Positions 57,137-60,450 of a stretch of DNA of 60,450 nt are shown here, one piece after another (within the stretch, counting starts at the first letter, position 1; the number at the start of each line of letters is the position of its first letter). The position numbers and the translations under genes were made by a program. The notes beneath the pieces were generated by a model. The model saw only the letters and a program-made list of their open reading frames with translations, was not told the origin of the DNA and made no database searches. Origin of the DNA: a virus (lineage: Duplodnaviria > Caudoviricetes); the IMG/VR virus record IMGVR_UViG_3300027740_000026, positions 1 through 60,450 of that record. One strand, written 5' to 3'.

Positions 57137-57670
57137 ATGACTGAAAATACTATCGCCGCTATCATCGGAGGCATGGTTGGAGGGCTTACTGGAGGGCTTT
57201 TCGGCATCGCTGGAACACTGATAGGTGTTTATTGGGGGAATATAAAATCCCGACAAACATCTTTGGAATCTATTTCGGCTTCCAACAAAAACGCCATCGA
57301 TATTATGCGGAGGGAAAATTTTAACACCGCCGCCGCCAAGCTCCGAGCCGCCTTCGCCCCAGCACAATCGAAGATCATTACCGAATTCTACGCCGATGGA
57401 CGCAAGCTCAGGGATTTTTTCTATGAGGAGATTTCTATCCACGCTGCGGCAATTGAGGAGTTCAGGCCGTTCGTCAGCGATAACATTGCTTACCAAAAAG
57501 CATGGGATGATTATCAAAAGACAATAAACCATGAAAGAGGGACCAATAACGAAGAATATCTTTGGACATCCAATGTGTTTGAAACCGAAGAAGGGATTAT
57601 CCCCCCGAATTTTACGGGAGCCATTATTGATAAGATTGAAAAAATTCTTCATATTGCATCTCCAAATTAA
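57137..57670 (+). CDS. Membrane-anchored unknown protein, opposite strand to neighbours (moron-like)
   Basis: GAGG RBS; N-terminal Gly-rich TM helix; followed by an attC left arm. Confidence 0.75.
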   Translation: MTENTIAAIIGGMVGGLTGGLFGIAGTLIGVYWGNIKSRQTSLESISASNKNAIDIMRRENFNTAAAKLRAAFAPAQSKIITEFYADGRKLRDFFYEEISIHAAAIEEFRPFVSDNIAYQKAWDDYQKTINHERGTNNEEYLWTSNVFETEEGIIPPNFTGAIIDKIEKILHIASPN

Positions 57671-57682
57671 ATGAACTTCATC

Positions 57683-57855
57683 ACCCAACAAGCGGGTAGA
57701 GAGGGACGCGGGGAAACGTCCGATTTCCAAGCGGGGTTCATTGGCCCGCGCTCGCCCCCTCCGGGGGCTTGCCTCCCCCGAGGGCTCACTGCGCGGTTTT
57801 AGGGTTATAATTCTACTCCAAGCAAGGCGGCAACCGGTGATGCTGGTCGTTATAT
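57683..57855 (+). other. Chimeric/degenerate attC site C1
   Basis: Left arm ACCCAAC-aagc-GGGT[A]GAG (B1-type) and right arm CCGGTGATG-ctggtc-GTTATAT (B2-type) do not pair with each other. Confidence 0.65.
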
Positions 57856-58053
57856 TTTCACCCACCCTGGACAATCGGGCTTGGTGTATTTGTTGACACT
57901 GTTGCGCCTCGGCATATCTCCGCGATAGTCACCAAAGCAATGAGGCAGCGCCACCTCCGGGTAGTTGCACTTGGCAGATGATTCCAGTTTCCTTTTGCCG
58001 CTGGCCGTCCTCTGCCACTCCGAATAACCACAATTCACACAGTTTTTAACCAT
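57850..58053 (-). CDS. Small Cys-rich protein (cassette cargo)
   Basis: Bracketed by GTTATATTTT/AAAATATAAC; TAA inside R'. Confidence 0.7.
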   Translation of the reverse strand: MVKNCVNCGYSEWQRTASGKRKLESSAKCNYPEVALPHCFGDYRGDMPRRNSVNKYTKPDCPGWVKI

Positions 58054-58070
58054 CTTCGGTGCCTCCCAAA

Positions 58071-58120
58071 ATATAACAATGCCAATTAACGCAGACGCCT
58101 AGCTGGTTATGGCGCTACGA
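58071..58120 (+). other. Degenerate attC site C2
   Basis: ATATAAC...GCCAATTAACGCAG/CTGGTTATGGC; R' missing. Confidence 0.55.
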
Positions 58121-58392
58121 ATACGGTCAAGGCGACCAAGGACGCTTCTCGTAGAGACAAAGCTGTCTTTGAGCCACGCGCCTTTATCGTCATACTGCGC
58201 TTTAATGTAGTAACACCCGATTCTGTCGGCCCTTACCGCTTCTTCGAGGTCTTTAAGGGCTTTACCCATGGCCCCGCAGTCAGAAGCATCTCCGGCTATA
58301 AAACCCGCCCGGAATATCGCTCGCACCATGTCATTGAACGATAATGGCAGCCTGCGAAAATCGTTGCATTGCTCGTCTGTCAACATATTCAA
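58099..58392 (-). CDS. Hypothetical protein
   Basis: LTDEQCNDFRRLPLSFNDMVRAI. Confidence 0.6.
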   Translation of the reverse strand: MNMLTDEQCNDFRRLPLSFNDMVRAIFRAGFIAGDASDCGAMGKALKDLEEAVRADRIGCYYIKAQYDDKGAWLKDSFVSTRSVLGRLDRIRSAITS

Positions 58393-58778
58393 TCTCCTGT
58401 AAATCTAATTCTTACCTCTCCGCCCTTGACAACTTCATCACGTAAAAAAGGGTGGCCGACAAAACGCCTGTCATTGACCCCTATGGCGTCGGCTATTCCA
58501 TCCATCAAGTTTTTGCAGGCACTATAGCAATTGTCGGCATCACGGAGCCGCTTGTCTGGTGGGTAAAAATCAATAAACAAATGTATTTTACCATCTCCAA
58601 AAATGACCGGACTTTTCGCAAATGCAACCTTCGTCAACAACTCCCCTGTTCGCCTGTATGCCTTCGCTGCCCTGCTTTTTACAGCCCAATGGCACCGTGA
58701 ATTAGGGCTCAACTCTTTTGGAAACCACGGATATGAGATTTCAATCAAAACAAGTTCCCTTTTTTTTCTCGTTTTCAA
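58389..58778 (-). CDS. RusA-like Holliday junction resolvase
   Basis: LSPNSR.HW, FYPPDKRLRDADN...K...DGIADAIGVND. Confidence 0.85.
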   Translation of the reverse strand: MKTRKKRELVLIEISYPWFPKELSPNSRCHWAVKSRAAKAYRRTGELLTKVAFAKSPVIFGDGKIHLFIDFYPPDKRLRDADNCYSACKNLMDGIADAIGVNDRRFVGHPFLRDEVVKGGEVRIRFTGD

Positions 58779-58781
58779 GCT

Positions 58782-58964
58782 TCAATGTTTTGTCTTCCCT
58801 AAAACCTTGTCACAAAGACTGACAACATGCTCTGGGACAAGGGTTTTACATTCAGGATAATAGTCAATATCGAACTTTGCCCATGTCCTGATTACTTTCA
58901 AGGCACTCTCATAATTACGTGCCTTTTTTTGTTGCCTTTTCCAATACGCTTTATTTATGATCAT
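58782..58964 (-). CDS. Hypothetical protein
   Basis: 60-aa ORF in operon. Confidence 0.5.
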   Translation of the reverse strand: MIINKAYWKRQQKKARNYESALKVIRTWAKFDIDYYPECKTLVPEHVVSLCDKVLGKTKH

Positions 58965-58966
58965 TT

Positions 58967-59428
58967 TTATGCCGGATCTCCGCGAAGCATTCTTTTTTTT
59001 GCTTCAATTACCATCTCTTCAACTGTCAGTCCAATTTGATCGGCGCACCACTGGAAAAATTTCGTCATCCATTCTTGCCGGTCATTTCCTTTTAATTTGT
59101 CAAACGCCATCGACCTGTACTGCAATTGCACGCCGCCATCAGGCCTAACAAATACCATGGACGGATCAACAAAATGTGTGCCAACCTTACACGACATTTT
59201 CACACCGTCGAATGTTTGGTGGCATGGATTGTTCGAGTTTTCGAGAACCAGCTTGTAACACGCATGTAAAAGTCCAGACTGCTCTATGATTTTCCGTGTT
59301 GGTTTTGATACGGATGTTATGCGGACCTTCACAAGTTGATTCGTTGCCAATTCAGAAGCAAGAATTCTTTCATCTTCTTCTGAAAAAGGCTTCAAATAGC
59401 CTCTATACTGACAAATGAATGGTTCCAT
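58967..59428 (-). CDS. NinB/DUF1367-like protein
   Basis: R...Q..LLHA, RSMAFDKL; located beside the RusA-like gene. Confidence 0.55.
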   Translation of the reverse strand: MEPFICQYRGYLKPFSEEDERILASELATNQLVKVRITSVSKPTRKIIEQSGLLHACYKLVLENSNNPCHQTFDGVKMSCKVGTHFVDPSMVFVRPDGGVQLQYRSMAFDKLKGNDRQEWMTKFFQWCADQIGLTVEEMVIEAKKRMLRGDPA

Positions 59429-59434
59429 CGTTTT

Positions 59435-59481
59435 TCCCAACGACCGCTGCACCCGACAAGCGGGTGAGCTTTTTGTTAGAT
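59435..59481 (+). other. attC-like site C3 (minimal 47-bp family)
   Basis: TCCCAAC-gacc-GCT[G]CACCCG-acaag-CGGGTGAGC-ttttt-GTTAGAT. Confidence 0.82.
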
Positions 59482-60018
59482 GCGAGAAATACCAAAATCC
59501 CGCGCCTTGATTTTCACCATACGCCCGTCGTCGCGCCACCAGACAACGCCCTCGATATCCCGGCAAGCCCCGAACCATTCTCGCAGGGCATCGAACGTCC
59601 GGGGGGCGTCAACCGTTCGTGTCCCGTGAGGAATCAAGGTGTGCTTCTCGAAGCGTTCAGGGTTCCCCTGCACCTTCGGCCCGACAAGCTCATACGTCCC
59701 GTCCGCTTCGTTGCCGTGAAATGCCTCGCGGTGCCAACGGTCTTCCGGGCCGTCACCAACCGGCAACCATCCCTGCTGCTTCCCCGTCACCTCGTCTACG
59801 TCGTTCGCGGGCTCGAAGTCCGGCGGGGGCGTCTTGCCCGGCTTCACCTCGAACCGCTTGAACAGTTTCCCGCCGCGCACCATGCAGCACGTTCCGTCCC
59901 ACTTGCGGGTTGCGCGGCCTTCGCCAGCGATTACCCATTCGGCACCGGGCACAACCTCATTGCGCACGTTCCGGTCGCCATCGTAGTTTCGAGCGAAAAG
60001 AGAAATGATCTTCTTCAT
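59476..60018 (-). CDS. RNA-ligase-like protein (DUF5565-like), GC-rich cassette cargo
   Basis: ATRKWDGT (KxDG), TYELVG, EGVVW, KIK motifs; TAA inside R' of C3. Confidence 0.75.
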   Translation of the reverse strand: MKKIISLFARNYDGDRNVRNEVVPGAEWVIAGEGRATRKWDGTCCMVRGGKLFKRFEVKPGKTPPPDFEPANDVDEVTGKQQGWLPVGDGPEDRWHREAFHGNEADGTYELVGPKVQGNPERFEKHTLIPHGTRTVDAPRTFDALREWFGACRDIEGVVWWRDDGRMVKIKARDFGISRI

Positions 60019-60044
60019 GCCAATCCTCCGTTGTTGTGCTGGGC

Positions 60045-60100
60045 ATCTAACCCAGCGTTGTAGCTGACGGCTTCGCCGCAGCTAAACTTTTTTGTTAGCA
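60045..60100 (+). other. attC site C4
   Basis: ATCTAAC-ccagc-GTT[G]TAGCTG-acggcttcgccg-CAGCTAAAC-tttttt-GTTAGCA; GCATCTAAC complements GTTAGATGC of C3. Confidence 0.92.
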
Positions 60101-60367
60101 ATCATTCATCCGCTTATTGATCAGTTCCATCACCTGGGACAAACCGTGTTCCCGGCCCCGTTCAAATTCATCCTGGTCCTCAACCGGGCTGTCAGCATAA
60201 AGCAGGTCAGTTTGGGCTCTAAGCCCCAAATAAGCGCGGTTCCGCCAGCGAATTAGACGTTTGGCCAACTCGGTGCATTCTTTATCAAATCCGGGTTGTG
60301 GCGCTTCCGCTTCGGATAAAAGTTGATTTATTGCATCGTCCATGTCTTTCAAAGTTATTCTGTCCAT
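60095..60367 (-). CDS. Hypothetical protein
   Basis: MDRITLKDMDD...; TAA inside R' of C4. Confidence 0.6.
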   Translation of the reverse strand: MDRITLKDMDDAINQLLSEAEAPQPGFDKECTELAKRLIRWRNRAYLGLRAQTDLLYADSPVEDQDEFERGREHGLSQVMELINKRMNDC

Positions 60368-60450
60368 GTCATGTCTCTTTAAATTTTCTATCGTGCCATT
60401 TTTGAAACTCGTCCCATACAGGATGTTTTCTGCAGGCTGCACCTTTTTCG
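60304..60450 (+). repeat. Terminal direct repeat, right copy
   Basis: Matches 1-148. Confidence 0.95.

Larger units (their letters stand above)
1..60450. mobile_element. Complete circularly permuted tailed-phage genome (podovirus-like; no integrase or CI repressor recognised)
   Basis: Terminal overlap; terminase, portal, capsid, ejection, lysis and replication modules present; no tape-measure or sheath gene seen. Confidence 0.93.

Noticed and set aside
57011-57874. 287-aa minus-strand ORF
   Set aside because: Runs through an attC scar and is the shadow of 57137-57670, which has an RBS and a TM helix
59419-60063. 214-aa plus-strand ORF in canonical cassette orientation
   Set aside because: Antisense shadow of the GC-rich ligase-like gene; it crosses an attC and has no recognisable motifs
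60368-60442. N-terminal extension of ORF 60095-60442
   Set aside because: Produced by the 1-nt homopolymer difference in the terminal overlap; this stretch belongs to the 66-311 gene
1-60450. Integron integrase, phage integrase, tRNA or rRNA genes
   Set aside because: No R-H-x-x-R/Y tyrosine-recombinase or serine-recombinase motifs and no cloverleafs recognised by eye; HMM and tRNAscan runs would be needed to confirm absence

Overview
A complete, circularly permuted ~60.3 kb genome of a short-tailed (podovirus-like) dsDNA phage; bases 1-148 repeat at 60304-60450. Divergent early arms flank an iteron origin at ~10 kb. The leftward arm carries ERF, YqaJ, RusA, Ref-like and accessory genes. The rightward arm carries an HTH initiator, helicase, primase and accessory genes. 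The late region (19.4-56 kb) has TerS, TerL, portal, scaffold, an N4-gp56-type capsid, tail proteins, a 3965-aa polyvalent ejection protein and lysis genes. The main finding is that the accessory genes are integron-type gene cassettes. I find 17 attC-like sites (13 intact-looking, 4 degenerate) in five clusters, with complementary R'/R'' core sites bracketing individual genes, and no integron integrase in the genome. Almost all cassette ORFs run antisense to their attC, and attC polarity flips across the origin. Three clusters start with the same 47-bp minimal site. The cargo looks like counter-defence genes: a sensor-less CapW/BrxR-like wHTH, acr-aca-like operons, an alarmone-hydrolase plus nucleotidyltransferase pair, and an RNA-ligase-like protein. 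Other oddities are six virion-module proteins with signal peptides, an HNH gene that duplicates its target's N-terminus, a 52-bp copy of the giant gene inside a small early gene, and two antisense-type leader hairpins. All family calls come from motif recognition by eye, not database searches.
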